The notes: generated by a model from the letters alone, not told the origin. A DNA stretch of 64,000 nucleotides from Minisyncoccota bacterium (GCA_041671485.1 JBAZBL010000004.1:14445-78444), one strand, 5' to 3'; shown: positions 1 through 9,283, counted from the first letter of the stretch. A program made the numbers and translations.

Positions 1-330
1 TTCAAAAAGATAGAAATAAGGGTGGGGAAGATAATCTTAGCTGAAAAAATACCTGATACAGACAAGCTTTTAAGACTATCTGTTGATTTTGCCGAGAAAG
101 ATGATCTTGGCAATACAAAACCACGACAAATAGTATCTGGTATTTCTCTTTTTTATCCAGATCCGCAAGTGCTGATTGGTAAAACATGTATGTTTGTCGC
201 AAATCTAGAAACAAGAATTATTCGTGGTTATGAAAGCCAAGGAATGATATTGGCAATACTGACACCAGAAGGAAATTTTTCTTTACTAGAACCAAATGCT
301 TCGATACCAGTAGGGGCAAGGGCGTCTTGA
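1..330 (+). CDS. tRNA-binding (EMAP/CsaA-type OB-fold) domain. 5'-partial, likely the C-terminal domain of methionyl-tRNA synthetase or a standalone tRNA-binding protein
   Basis: The frame is open from base 1. The VGKI...E...KL..L.VD motif and length fit the Myf/EMAP tRNA-binding fold. The annotated GTG at 22 is probably internal. Confidence 0.5.
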   Translation, partial: FKKIEIRVGKIILAEKIPDTDKLLRLSVDFAEKDDLGNTKPRQIVSGISLFYPDPQVLIGKTCMFVANLETRIIRGYESQGMILAILTPEGNFSLLEPNASIPVGARAS

Positions 331-342
331 ATTATGACATCA

Positions 343-365
343 ATACCGAGATCGGATCTCGGTAT
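343..365. repeat. 23-nt perfect palindrome ataccgagatcggatctcggtat. A second copy lies inside rsmE at 6705-6726
   Basis: Direct reading: 11-bp arms around a single central base. The same sequence recurs at 6705-6726. Confidence 0.8.
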
Positions 366-423
366 TCCGTTAGATCTTGTTACAGTAGAAAATACTTGCT
401 ACGATTGATCGTATCCATGAAAA

Positions 424-494
424 GCGGGATTAGTTAAATGGTATAATAACAGTTTTCCAAACTGTGGTCAGGAGTTCGATTCTCCTATCCCGCA
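424..494 (+). tRNA. tRNA-Trp (anticodon CCA)
   Basis: Cloverleaf by eye: acceptor GCGGGAT/ATCCCGC, anticodon stem CAGTT/AACTG with loop TTCCAAA, T-arm GGAGTTCGATTCTCC, discriminator A, and an encoded CCA at 495-497. Confidence 0.85.
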
Positions 495-505
495 CCATAG
501 AATAA

Positions 506-763
506 TTATTCATAGATATCGTGTCCACCTGCGGAATAAAACCTAAATATATTTTTATTTAATATTTTAAATATTATTCGATATTTTTGATCCAATGAAA
601 AAGCATAGAAATCACTAAATTTACCGTGTAATTTATGAGATTTCAGACTTGGATGAAATGGGTCTTTCCTGAATATTTCTTCTTTCTTTTCTGCAATGCG
701 TTTAATTCTATCCGGAAGCTTACGATATGAGCGCTCGAATAACGAAGAATACTCAATTATCAT
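506..763 (-). CDS. Type II toxin, RelE/ParE (YafQ-like) family mRNA interferase
   Basis: 85 aa; the KLHG...F..R..YRIIF...I.F...G.HDIY pattern is typical of RelE/YafQ. It sits immediately downstream of a small RHH-like ORF. Confidence 0.65.
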   Translation of the reverse strand: MIIEYSSLFERSYRKLPDRIKRIAEKKEEIFRKDPFHPSLKSHKLHGKFSDFYAFSLDQKYRIIFKILNKNIFRFYSAGGHDIYE

Positions 764-764
764 T

Positions 765-980
765 TTAAACGAGTGATTTTAACGACGTAAGAACCTTACC
801 TTTGCCTTGCTTGAATTCTAATTCGCTTCTTTCCAAAGCACGAAGCAAACGATCTTCTTTATAAGAACGAATAAGATGTCTGATGTATTCACTAACAGAT
901 GCAAAACCACCACTTTTGGTTTCATCTCTAATCTCTTCAGCCATAGAAGCTGGTAGGGAAATGTTTATGATATTTCTCAT
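765..980 (-). CDS. Antitoxin (ribbon-helix-helix/ParD-like) partnering the RelE-like toxin
   Basis: 71 aa. The N-terminal ISLPASMAEEI beta-strand motif is RHH-like. It sits 1 nt upstream of the toxin in the same orientation. Confidence 0.5.
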   Translation of the reverse strand: MRNIINISLPASMAEEIRDETKSGGFASVSEYIRHLIRSYKEDRLLRALERSELEFKQGKGKVLTSLKSLV

Positions 981-1072
981 ATTGAATATGTGTATTACTT
1001 ATTATTACTATATGTTACAGGATTAAATAATATTGTCAATAACTATATATAGTAATCTATATGTCACACAGT

Positions 1073-1100
1073 AAAAGACCGCCCTAGGGCGGTCTTTTAC
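1073..1100. terminator. Bidirectional intrinsic terminator downstream of hup
   Basis: aaaaGACCGCCCtagGGCGGTCtttt: a GC-rich 8-bp stem flanked by an A run and a T run. Confidence 0.7.
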
Positions 1101-1123
1101 TACAGAAAATAACTATTCTGGTG

Positions 1124-1396
1124 TTATTTCACTGCGTCCTTGAGTGCCTTTGCTGCTCGGAACTTTGGAACCTTCATGGCAGGGACTTTGATGGCCTCAC
1201 CTGTGCGAGGATTGCGTGCCTCACGAGCTGCACGCTGTTTTACCGAGAAGATACCGAGACCAGCTATAGAAACCTCTTCACCTTTCTTCAGGCTGTCAAC
1301 TATTGAGTTAATCACTGTTTCGACCGCCTGTTCGGCTTGAACCTTTGTTCCGCCGAGAACACCGTGCACTACATCTGCAATTGCTGCTTTGTTCAT
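1124..1396 (-). CDS. hup: DNA-binding protein HU
   Basis: 90 aa. The GFGxF arm and R..R.GRNP.TGE..I.A motifs are diagnostic of HU/IHF. Confidence 0.9.
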   Translation of the reverse strand: MNKAAIADVVHGVLGGTKVQAEQAVETVINSIVDSLKKGEEVSIAGLGIFSVKQRAAREARNPRTGEAIKVPAMKVPKFRAAKALKDAVK

Positions 1397-1563
1397 TGTT
1401 TTTATTATTAATTCTTATAATATGGTCTCGGCTCGCCTCACACTTTCGTTTATTGGTTACGAAAGGGTTATTCGAGTTTCCAACCTATAAGACTATTATA
1501 TAGTAAGCCATATATTACGCAATGGCCTAAAAACAAGACTGTGAATTACTCAAACTTGTCAAA

Positions 1564-3093
1564 TTACCTTGCAAATTCTATTGTTCTCATTTCGCGAATA
1601 ACAATAATTTTGATTTCACCAGGATATTTGAGATCTTTTTCTATCTTCATAGCCAAATCTCGCGCTAGATTGCGTGCCTCTACATCGCTTATTTCTTCTG
1701 GCTTTACAAATACTCGTATTTCACGACCTGCTTGTAGAGCATATGACTTTTCGATACCAGGAAAAGAGTTTGCAGTAGCTTCTAGATCGCCAAGACGTTT
1801 GAGATAATTTTCTATGCTATCACGGCGTGCGCCAGGACGAGCTCCCGATATAGAGTCTGCAGTTTGTACAATACGAGATTCAATTGTCTCATAAGGATAT
1901 TCTTCATGATGAGCTTGCATTGCTTTTATGATCTCTTCTGGAGCTCCAAATTTTTGTAGGATTCTGCGACCAATCTCTACATGTGTGCCACTTACTTCAT
2001 GGTCTAATGCTTTGCCTATATCGTGTAGAAGAGCACCAGCTTTTGCAACTTGGACATTTGCACCCAATTCTTCGGCTATCATACCAGCTATATGAGACAT
2101 TTCTATAGAATGTTGTAAAACATTGTGTCCATAGCTCGTCCTGAAATGAAGTCTTCCCAATATGAGTAGTATCCTAGGATCAAGGCCCAATACACCACAT
2201 TCATATGCAGCCTGTTCGCCTCTTTCTTTTATAGTCTTATTGATATCTTGTTTGGCTTTTTCGACTACCTGTTCTATCCTAGCTGGCTGAATACGGCCGT
2301 CTTTGATGAGTTCTTCCAGTGCATTCTTTGCAATATGACGTCGAACGGGATCGAATGAAGAAATGGTTATTGCGCCAGGAGAATCATCAACCAAGACTTC
2401 TGTACCACTGATACGCTCAAATGCTTTGATGTTACGACCTTCTTTACCGATTATTTTTCCTTTTACATCATCACTTGGTATAGGAACAACAGTAGACATA
2501 ACATCAGAGGCAACAGAAGTAGCAAGCCTCTGAATAGATACAGCCAAAATATCTTTTGCTTTATCTTCTAGCATCTCTTCGCCTTGTGTTTCCAGTTTCT
2601 TGATACGAATCATCAAATCTTCTTCTGCTTGCTTCTCAATAAGCTTAACAAGCTCTTCTTTTGCTTCATTTGAAGTCATCTTGCTTATCTTTTCTAATTC
2701 TTGTTTCCTATGCTCTTCCAATTTGTCTGCTTGTTCACGAATCACTTTTACTTCTGCTACACGTTGTTTGACTATTTCAACTTCTTTATCAAGATCTACT
2801 TGTCTCTTGTCCAACATATCTTCTTTCTTGATAATACGCTCTTCAGATTGACGAATCTTATTTTCTTTTTCACGAATCTCTACTCTAGCTTCTTCTCCTA
2901 GTTTTTGACTCTTTGCCTCGGCATCGGTAGTGATCTTCTTTGCTTCTTCTTTTGCAGAGAGAAGCATCTCTTTGATTTCCAATTCCATAGAACCTTTCTT
3001 GCCGAGAGAAATGATAAGTCGCAGATAATAACCTACGGCTATACCGGCAACTCCTGCTATGGAGAGGAATAATGCTACTAATTTTAATGACAT
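1564..3093 (-). CDS. rny: Ribonuclease Y
   Basis: N-terminal TM helix, long coiled coil, KH motif (GKEGRNIKAFE) and HD domain (HDIGK). Confidence 0.9.
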   Translation of the reverse strand: MSLKLVALFLSIAGVAGIAVGYYLRLIISLGKKGSMELEIKEMLLSAKEEAKKITTDAEAKSQKLGEEARVEIREKENKIRQSEERIIKKEDMLDKRQVDLDKEVEIVKQRVAEVKVIREQADKLEEHRKQELEKISKMTSNEAKEELVKLIEKQAEEDLMIRIKKLETQGEEMLEDKAKDILAVSIQRLATSVASDVMSTVVPIPSDDVKGKIIGKEGRNIKAFERISGTEVLVDDSPGAITISSFDPVRRHIAKNALEELIKDGRIQPARIEQVVEKAKQDINKTIKERGEQAAYECGVLGLDPRILLILGRLHFRTSYGHNVLQHSIEMSHIAGMIAEELGANVQVAKAGALLHDIGKALDHEVSGTHVEIGRRILQKFGAPEEIIKAMQAHHEEYPYETIESRIVQTADSISGARPGARRDSIENYLKRLGDLEATANSFPGIEKSYALQAGREIRVFVKPEEISDVEARNLARDLAMKIEKDLKYPGEIKIIVIREMRTIEFAR

Positions 3094-3331
3094 TGCGGTT
3101 TACGGATCCGCCTCTTTCAAACTAAGGTGAAATGCAAACTTTATGAGTCTTTATGTGAAACTCTGGCTCTATCCTTACGTTTTTTTCTAGCCTTTTTGGA
3201 ATCATAATTTTTATATTCACTAAGTATCGAAAAGGGTGAATCAAAATTTAATTTGGTAACACCATCATCTTATAACAGAGAAAGATATTTGTCTAGCGAA
3301 AGAGACGGTAGTTCTTATGGGATATTTTTGT

Positions 3332-4126
3332 TTAGCCTTCAGAAGGATTGTTTACTTTATTATCGAGCCTTTTGGCTTCCGACCAAGCTAACTCATATAT
3401 TTTTTTCATAACATCTGCGATTTCTTCACTTTCTATAATGATACCAAGCTTCTCACGCCATGAAGCGATCATAACTTTGTTATCGTAAATATTAATTTCT
3501 GGAGTGAATCTATATTTATCATATGGAACAAGAAGACTTTCTCTTTTTTCATCTTTATCCAGTGCTGAACGTTCATGTGCCAGGGGTGTTTCCGGAAAAA
3601 TTGCACGAATATGTATATTTTTCGATGCCCTTCTTTTGAAATATTCTGGAAAATAATTTGGAATACCGCTATTTACATCTTCTACTGATGCATATGCAAG
3701 AATTGTCTCTGAACTACTTAGTGTATCCTCATAAGCATATTTCAAACCATCAACTCCCTCATAGAAACGAATCTTTGGTCTATTTTCAAAAGTATAGAGT
3801 AAGTTTAATTCTGGAATAATATTTTCAGCCCTTTTAATGTTTTCTGTAGCTTGTGTAGCTTGTCTCTTTAAGTATTCAATAATAGCAGTTGGAGGCTCGG
3901 CTACGTATTCTTGCTTGGGTTCTTTTCCTGAAATACTAACAAGCTTCTTATTAACTAGGGAATTGAGGATATCGTAGCCAGTAGTTCTGTTTATACCAGC
4001 TTTATAAGAGATTTTCGTAACCGTTTCTCTACCTAATTCAAGAAGTGCGATATAAACATCGGTTTCTTTGGTACTAAGTCCAAAAGACAAAAGGTTTGTC
4101 TTTAATTGAACTAATTTATTATCCAT
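3332..4126 (-). CDS. TrmB-family transcriptional regulator
   Basis: N-terminal winged HTH resembling TrmB (LS.KE.DVYIALLELG..TV..IS..AGI.R...Y..L..L..K.LV). Confidence 0.55.
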   Translation of the reverse strand: MDNKLVQLKTNLLSFGLSTKETDVYIALLELGRETVTKISYKAGINRTTGYDILNSLVNKKLVSISGKEPKQEYVAEPPTAIIEYLKRQATQATENIKRAENIIPELNLLYTFENRPKIRFYEGVDGLKYAYEDTLSSSETILAYASVEDVNSGIPNYFPEYFKRRASKNIHIRAIFPETPLAHERSALDKDEKRESLLVPYDKYRFTPEINIYDNKVMIASWREKLGIIIESEEIADVMKKIYELAWSEAKRLDNKVNNPSEG

Positions 4127-4242
4127 GTATCAAGTCTATACTCAACTATTCATTGTGTCAATACTTTTCCACAAAAATATGGCTAATACTATAAATATGT
4201 TGGTAAATAAGGCTCTTTCGCTATGTTAATTGACGAATAGTA

Positions 4243-4271
4243 TTGACATTGAGTAAAAAAGATGATATACT
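4243..4271 (+). promoter_or_regulatory. Sigma70-like promoter (TTGACA-17 nt-TATACT) upstream of the 4347 ORF
   Basis: Perfect -35 hexamer and a near-consensus -10 with 17-nt spacing, about 75 nt upstream of the ATG. Confidence 0.45.
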
Positions 4272-4346
4272 GTTAGCAGGACGATAAGGTAAGTTCTTTG
4301 AGAACCTGCTTGCGTCATAACAGTAAACAATTAAAAAAGGGAAATT

Positions 4347-4823
4347 ATGAAGACTAAACTCATGATTTGGACGACGGTGAGAATCGGAACAATTAAGAGT
4401 CTCGAAAATGTGGATGATCTACTAGATGGGTTTGTGTCGATAAGGACATGGTTTAAGGATCAAACAATAGGTCTTGCCCAGTCCGAGCTTGAACTTGACC
4501 TGGTTAAGATCAAAGGCGGAGATCTCTTCATGACGGACCGTTACTCTAGAAGAGAAATCTGCACAATGGCGTTGACACTTGGTCTTGAATTGTGTCCAGC
4601 CGAGGTTGCTCTGGCCTTAGTAACACAAGACAAAATTCCGTCCAGGTCAACCGAGATCAATATTGGTTCGGAAGAATCTGTCGGCGGGCGTTCTGATGTA
4701 TTCATGAGTGTAAACTCAAGACTTGGTGCTATCTGTCTTAACTCCTATGTTGATCCATCCGAAGGATTTGACGATTACTCAGATTGGGTCTTCGTCAAGC
4801 CTCGCAAGCAGGAACGGCAGTAG
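4347..4823 (+). CDS. Hypothetical protein, GC-enriched relative to its flanks and probably horizontally acquired
   Basis: 158-aa ORF with its own strong promoter and terminator. Its composition is visibly more GC-rich than neighbouring genes. Confidence 0.45.
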   Translation: MKTKLMIWTTVRIGTIKSLENVDDLLDGFVSIRTWFKDQTIGLAQSELELDLVKIKGGDLFMTDRYSRREICTMALTLGLELCPAEVALALVTQDKIPSRSTEINIGSEESVGGRSDVFMSVNSRLGAICLNSYVDPSEGFDDYSDWVFVKPRKQERQ

Positions 4824-4872
4824 GTCTGCCAAACGCTTTGGAGTTCGCCACGGCGAAAGCGTCAAACTTCAA

Positions 4873-4902
4873 CCCTACACGAGAAATCGTGTGGGGTTTT
4901 AA
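4873..4902 (+). terminator. Intrinsic terminator after the 4347-4823 gene
   Basis: CCCTACACGAgaaaTCGTGTGGGG hairpin followed by TTTT. Confidence 0.5.
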
Positions 4903-4923
4903 CTTTTCAATGTGAAATATTTC

Positions 4924-5469
4924 CTACTTTTTACTAAACCCAATTGGTGCTTTCATGGGTACTGGTTCGTCAAGTAGGTGTTTGAGGATATTGAGAACTT
5001 TTATCAGTTGCTGGCCTTGTTTTTCTTGTTCAGATTCTAAAACTTTCATCTTTGCTGCCAATTCCTTGTGGGTAGCAAGCATTTCGCGTAATTTGATAAA
5101 TGCACGGACTACAAATACACTCACTTGTACCGCGCGAGGACTTTTCAAGACGGCAGACAACATCGTAACACCGTGTTCAGTGAAAGCATATGGCAAATAA
5201 CGGACACCTCCCCAACTTGAGGTCGCAAATTGCGACCTCAAGTTTTTGTATTCTTCATTTGTCAATTGAAACATGAAATCCTTGGGAAATCTATCGATAT
5301 TTCTTCGTACTTGTTCATTCAATCTCTTTGCACTCACACCATATAATCTAGCAAGGTCAGAATCTAACATTATTTTCTGTCCACGAATCAGAAAGATTCT
5401 ATGCTCAATAGATTCATCGGGAATAATCTGTAGATCCTTGGAATTATCAGACAATTTTAACTTTTTCAT
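4924..5469 (-). CDS. ORF6N-domain (KilA-N-like) protein, phage or mobile-element associated
   Basis: The IRGQK.MLDSDLA.LYGV..KRLNEQV.RN..RFP.DFMFQLT..E motif matches the ORF6N domain. Confidence 0.6.
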   Translation of the reverse strand: MKKLKLSDNSKDLQIIPDESIEHRIFLIRGQKIMLDSDLARLYGVSAKRLNEQVRRNIDRFPKDFMFQLTNEEYKNLRSQFATSSWGGVRYLPYAFTEHGVTMLSAVLKSPRAVQVSVFVVRAFIKLREMLATHKELAAKMKVLESEQEKQGQQLIKVLNILKHLLDEPVPMKAPIGFSKK

Positions 5470-5577
5470 GGCGACATTATAGCACAGAGAAAATCCACAT
5501 TATGAAAACTTGATTTTTTCGGTAAAAGTGTTATTATAGCGGTGTAGTATATAATAAATAAGACAAACTAAAATACT

Positions 5578-6168
5578 ATGTCAATATTAATACCAACAGT
5601 TATAGAGAAGAGCAATTTTGGCGAGAGGGCATATGATATCTATTCGAGGCTCTTGAAGGAGAATATTATATTCCTAGGCGGACCAATAGATGATCATATA
5701 GCCAATCTAGTTATTGCCCAGTTACTATTCTTGCAATCAGAAGATCCAAAGAAAGAGATCAATATGTATATCAATTCTCCGGGCGGAATGGTATCTGCTG
5801 GACTTGCAATAATAGATACAATGAATTCGATCAGGAATGATATTTCAACTCATTGTGTCGGTATTGCCGCATCTATGGCAGCAGTCATCGTTGCATCTGG
5901 TACAAAAGGGAAGAGATATGCATTGCCAAATGCAGAGGTTATGATACATCAGCCACATGGTGGGACAGAAGGACAAGCAACAGATATTGAAATTAGCGCA
6001 AAACATATCATAAAAATGAGAGAAAATCTGAACAAAATATTGGCAAAAGCTACAGGTCAAACATTGGCAAAGATAGAGAAAGATGTTGACAGAGACTTCT
6101 TCATGAGTGCAGAAGATGCAAAGAAATATGGCATTATAGACGATGTCTTGTCTCCAAACAAAAAATAG
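5578..6168 (+). CDS. clpP: ATP-dependent Clp protease proteolytic subunit
   Basis: Ser/His/Asp triad context (GxAASMA, HQP) and strong family similarity across 196 aa. Confidence 0.95.
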   Translation: MSILIPTVIEKSNFGERAYDIYSRLLKENIIFLGGPIDDHIANLVIAQLLFLQSEDPKKEINMYINSPGGMVSAGLAIIDTMNSIRNDISTHCVGIAASMAAVIVASGTKGKRYALPNAEVMIHQPHGGTEGQATDIEISAKHIIKMRENLNKILAKATGQTLAKIEKDVDRDFFMSAEDAKKYGIIDDVLSPNKK

Positions 6169-6173
6169 TCTGT

Positions 6174-6887
6174 ATGAGACTTCATAGATTTTATTATAGA
6201 GAATTGATAGGGAATAGAAGTGAGATAACTATCAATTCTCTAGAAATTACGAAACAGATTCGTAGGGTTTTCAGATTGAAGACAGGAGATCTGGTTATAA
6301 TCTTTGATGGTTCTGGTTTTGACTATGTTTGCAAGATAAATAACTTCACAGAAGATACAATGAAGCTTTCTATCAATGAGAAGAATAGCAGTCGATACAT
6401 ACCAGAGAAAGATATTGTATTGTGCGTAGCAATAGTAAAGAAAGATACTTTTGAATGGATTGTAGAGAAAGCAACAGAACTAGGAGTAACAAATATAATA
6501 CCGATCATATCTGAAAGAAGTGAGAAGAAATCCTTGAATATAGAAAGACTAAAAAAGATATCAATAGAAGCTAGCGAACAGAGTGGTAGAGGACGTGTGC
6601 CAATAATTGAGCCTATTGTGTCACTAATAGAAGCAATAAATACCTATAAGGATCAATACGGAGGTCAGACCTCCGTATATGCGTTTCACACAGAAGGGGA
6701 TACTATACCGAGATCGGATCTCGGTAATGATAGAAAAATTGTCATATTTATTGGCCCAGAAGGCGGTTGGTCTCCATCTGAAATAGATATGTTTCACAAA
6801 GATAAAATATCCATACATTGTCTAGGTAAACAAATACTGCGCACCGAAACGGCTGTAATCGCTGTATTATCTAGATTTGTATTCTAA
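6174..6887 (+). CDS. rsmE: 16S rRNA (uracil1498-N3)-methyltransferase RsmE. It carries an in-frame ~70-nt GC-rich double-palindrome segment (6657-6726)
   Basis: PUA-like N-terminal domain plus SPOUT C-terminal domain with a GPEGGWS.E motif. Confidence 0.75.
   Translation: MRLHRFYYRELIGNRSEITINSLEITKQIRRVFRLKTGDLVIIFDGSGFDYVCKINNFTEDTMKLSINEKNSSRYIPEKDIVLCVAIVKKDTFEWIVEKATELGVTNIIPIISERSEKKSLNIERLKKISIEASEQSGRGRVPIIEPIVSLIEAINTYKDQYGGQTSVYAFHTEGDTIPRSDLGNDRKIVIFIGPEGGWSPSEIDMFHKDKISIHCLGKQILRTETAVIAVLSRFVF
6657..6677. repeat. 21-nt palindrome tacggaggtcagacctccgta inside rsmE. Its reverse-complement twin lies at 39915-39937, upstream of polA
   Basis: Exact match to the reverse complement of the polA-upstream copy. 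Confidence 0.8.
6705..6726. repeat. Second copy of the ataccgagatcggatctcggta palindrome, in-frame within rsmE
   Basis: 22/23 nt identical to 343-365. Confidence 0.8.
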
Positions 6888-7988
6888 TCACTCTTTCTTC
6901 TCCAAGAATTGGAAAACCATTTCATTGCTTAGCATGGTTTCGACATATACTCTTACACTATCACGATCTGCATCTTTGTAATGCTCTAATATATGTTCCA
7001 CTTCATGTTCAATATCCTTATCTGAAGCAACAATCTTTTCTTTCCTAGCAATAGAGTTGAGTATCAATTGTATCTTTGCCTTCTTTTCTGCATGTGGCCT
7101 CCATTCTCCTCTTATATCTTCTATTGTCTTCTTTGCATGTTTCAAATAATCTTCCATTTTCACATTCATTTTCTCTATATCCGTCTTGAATTGGGCTTCT
7201 ATTCTAGAAAGTTCACTTTCAACTAATATTTCTGGTAAATCTATATTTGTATTTTCTACAAGAGAATCGGCTATCTTTACTCTCAATTTCTGATGTTCTT
7301 CATCTGCCTTCTTCTCTGTAAGCATAATGGAAAGTTTCTCTCGAAAATCTGAAACACTTTCAAAGGCCCCTAATGTTTTTACAAAAGCATCAGTTAGCTC
7401 GGGTAGACCGTCCTTGTCTACTTGCCCTACGTATACCGGCGCCGTATTTTTCTGTGGGTTCTGTCCGCCGGGACTGTCGACGGGAACCTTCTGGGACGAC
7501 GCATCGGATCTGATACGTGTAATTGTATTCTCAATTTCTTCAAAAGTCAACTTCACATCTTCAGGATTTTGTTGTCCAATTTCTTTTTGTGCCAAAGATT
7601 TGTAATCTGGAAGATTTATTTCTGGAACAGTTGCTATCTTTATCATAAACTCCAATGGATTACCTTTTGCGAGCTTTGTGATCTGTATTTGTGGCTTGCC
7701 AATAACATCGAGATTGTTATCTACAATAATATCAATAAAAGCCGGGGATAGAGCGAGTTCTGCCATCTCTTCTAGGATAGACATTTCTCCAATCTTGGCC
7801 AATAAAACATTTTCTGGTATCATGCCTTTCCTGAAACCGTCCATTGAAACTGATTCATTTATATTCTTCAATGCTTTTGCACGATATTTCTCCCAAATAT
7901 CACTTGATATAGAACCCGTAATTTCAACTTGTGATTTTTCGAGCTTTTTTACACTTGCAGAACCATAGTTTTTTATTTGCTCTGTCAT
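6888..7988 (-). CDS. tig: Trigger factor (reduced, no obvious FKBP/PPIase domain) with a GC-rich in-frame segment
   Basis: N-terminal ribosome-binding signature (GFRKGMIPE) and C-terminal chaperone domain. At 366 aa it is shorter than canonical TF. Confidence 0.75.
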   Translation of the reverse strand: MTEQIKNYGSASVKKLEKSQVEITGSISSDIWEKYRAKALKNINESVSMDGFRKGMIPENVLLAKIGEMSILEEMAELALSPAFIDIIVDNNLDVIGKPQIQITKLAKGNPLEFMIKIATVPEINLPDYKSLAQKEIGQQNPEDVKLTFEEIENTITRIRSDASSQKVPVDSPGGQNPQKNTAPVYVGQVDKDGLPELTDAFVKTLGAFESVSDFREKLSIMLTEKKADEEHQKLRVKIADSLVENTNIDLPEILVESELSRIEAQFKTDIEKMNVKMEDYLKHAKKTIEDIRGEWRPHAEKKAKIQLILNSIARKEKIVASDKDIEHEVEHILEHYKDADRDSVRVYVETMLSNEMVFQFLEKKE

Positions 7989-8094
7989 GCGCCACAGTCT
8001 AACGATTTATGGCTGGATGTGCAAGTAAAGTACAATAAAATGCAAAAACCTAGACTCTTTAGTCTGGATTCTCTGTATTTTACAAAAATTGTAT

Positions 8095-8454
8095 TTAGAA
8101 ATTCTGTGCATCGAGCCCATCGACTGCAGTGTTCAAATCTTCTTCTAGAGACTGAACATCGACATCGGTATTTGTTACTGGCTGTACAGACTCTTTTGTG
8201 ATTGTTCTTATTGTATCAGTATTCATGGCAGTATTAGTATTTATGTCTGTATTTTCAACATTGTTGCTTGTCCAGAGTTGTGAGGCAAATATATATAGTG
8301 CAGCAATTATCAAAACAAATACTACAACTAATATTGCTATGGTTGAACCAACTTTCTTATGATTATCACCTTCTGGCGAAGTCATATTTTGACTACTAAT
8401 ATCGATATTATTGATACCTCCTGTATTTGGGGGTATTTGTGTGTTTGGGTCCAT
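8095..8454 (-). CDS. Hypothetical single-pass membrane protein
   Basis: 119 aa with a central hydrophobic helix (AILVVVFVLIIAALYIFA). Confidence 0.35.
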   Translation of the reverse strand: MDPNTQIPPNTGGINNIDISSQNMTSPEGDNHKKVGSTIAILVVVFVLIIAALYIFASQLWTSNNVENTDINTNTAMNTDTIRTITKESVQPVTNTDVDVQSLEEDLNTAVDGLDAQNF

Positions 8455-8484
8455 AATTTTACAATTTAATATTTTAATAAATAA

Positions 8485-9219
8485 TTATTCCTGTGTAGAA
8501 GACGCTATATTGTCGTCTAATGTACCTGTCCCGAGACCCATAGAATGAGCGATTTCTCTTACTACATCTATGAGCGCATCCCTTGCTACTTTTATAGCTA
8601 TTATTGCTTCATCGGCGATTTGTCTTGGCTTCACAAGATCTACTGTATCTTCATTTGAGGCTTTATTTGTATTTGAAACTAATACTGGTTCATAATTTGA
8701 AAGATTTTTTATTGCTTGTTCTGCCAGACTCAACTTTTCTCTTGCAATAAGAAGGGCACCTTTCGCTTTTGTCATATCTCGTCCACTTGTCTCTGCTTTC
8801 TCAATTCTCGCAACTATTCGACTTGTTACTTGTTCTAGATTCTTGAAAGACAATCGAATCTGCCTTATAAGTGTACTATGTCGTATCTTGAAAGCTTGAA
8901 TCTTCATATTCTGAACATTATTCCTTCTTTCTATTGTCGTTGAAGCCCTCTCTGCCATAAGTTTATTTCGCAATTCGCTTTTTTCTTCTATATTATTTTT
9001 TATTTTCTCTTTGACTGGAGCATTGGCTCGTAACTTTTCTTTTATCGTATTTGTGACATTTGTCTGACTAGAGTCTGTACTTGTAGGAGTTTCTGCATTT
9101 ACTTGTCTGTAAATGACAAATACACAAGCTACTATAATTACCAAAAGAACTATTATTTTGAGTGTTTTCTTCATTATTGTTTCATTTATATTGCTAATTG
9201 CCACAATCTGATGTGACAT
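8485..9219 (-). CDS. Hypothetical signal-anchored coiled-coil protein
   Basis: An internal Met (MKKTLKIIVLLVIIVAC) gives a signal/anchor. The rest is Lys/Glu-rich and helical. Confidence 0.4.
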   Translation of the reverse strand: MSHQIVAISNINETIMKKTLKIIVLLVIIVACVFVIYRQVNAETPTSTDSSQTNVTNTIKEKLRANAPVKEKIKNNIEEKSELRNKLMAERASTTIERRNNVQNMKIQAFKIRHSTLIRQIRLSFKNLEQVTSRIVARIEKAETSGRDMTKAKGALLIAREKLSLAEQAIKNLSNYEPVLVSNTNKASNEDTVDLVKPRQIADEAIIAIKVARDALIDVVREIAHSMGLGTGTLDDNIASSTQE

Positions 9220-9283
9220 GGCTATTGTAGCACCGTTCTGTGATAAATAAAAAGGGCGGTATCATGTGATGAATTGACCAAGT

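Noticed and set aside
2600-2901. Small plus-strand ORFs inside rny, and similar antisense ORFs inside hppA, uvrD, PBP1A, pilB and polA
   Set aside because: These are low-complexity translations of the AT-rich antisense strand of well-supported genes, with no independent start or stop context.
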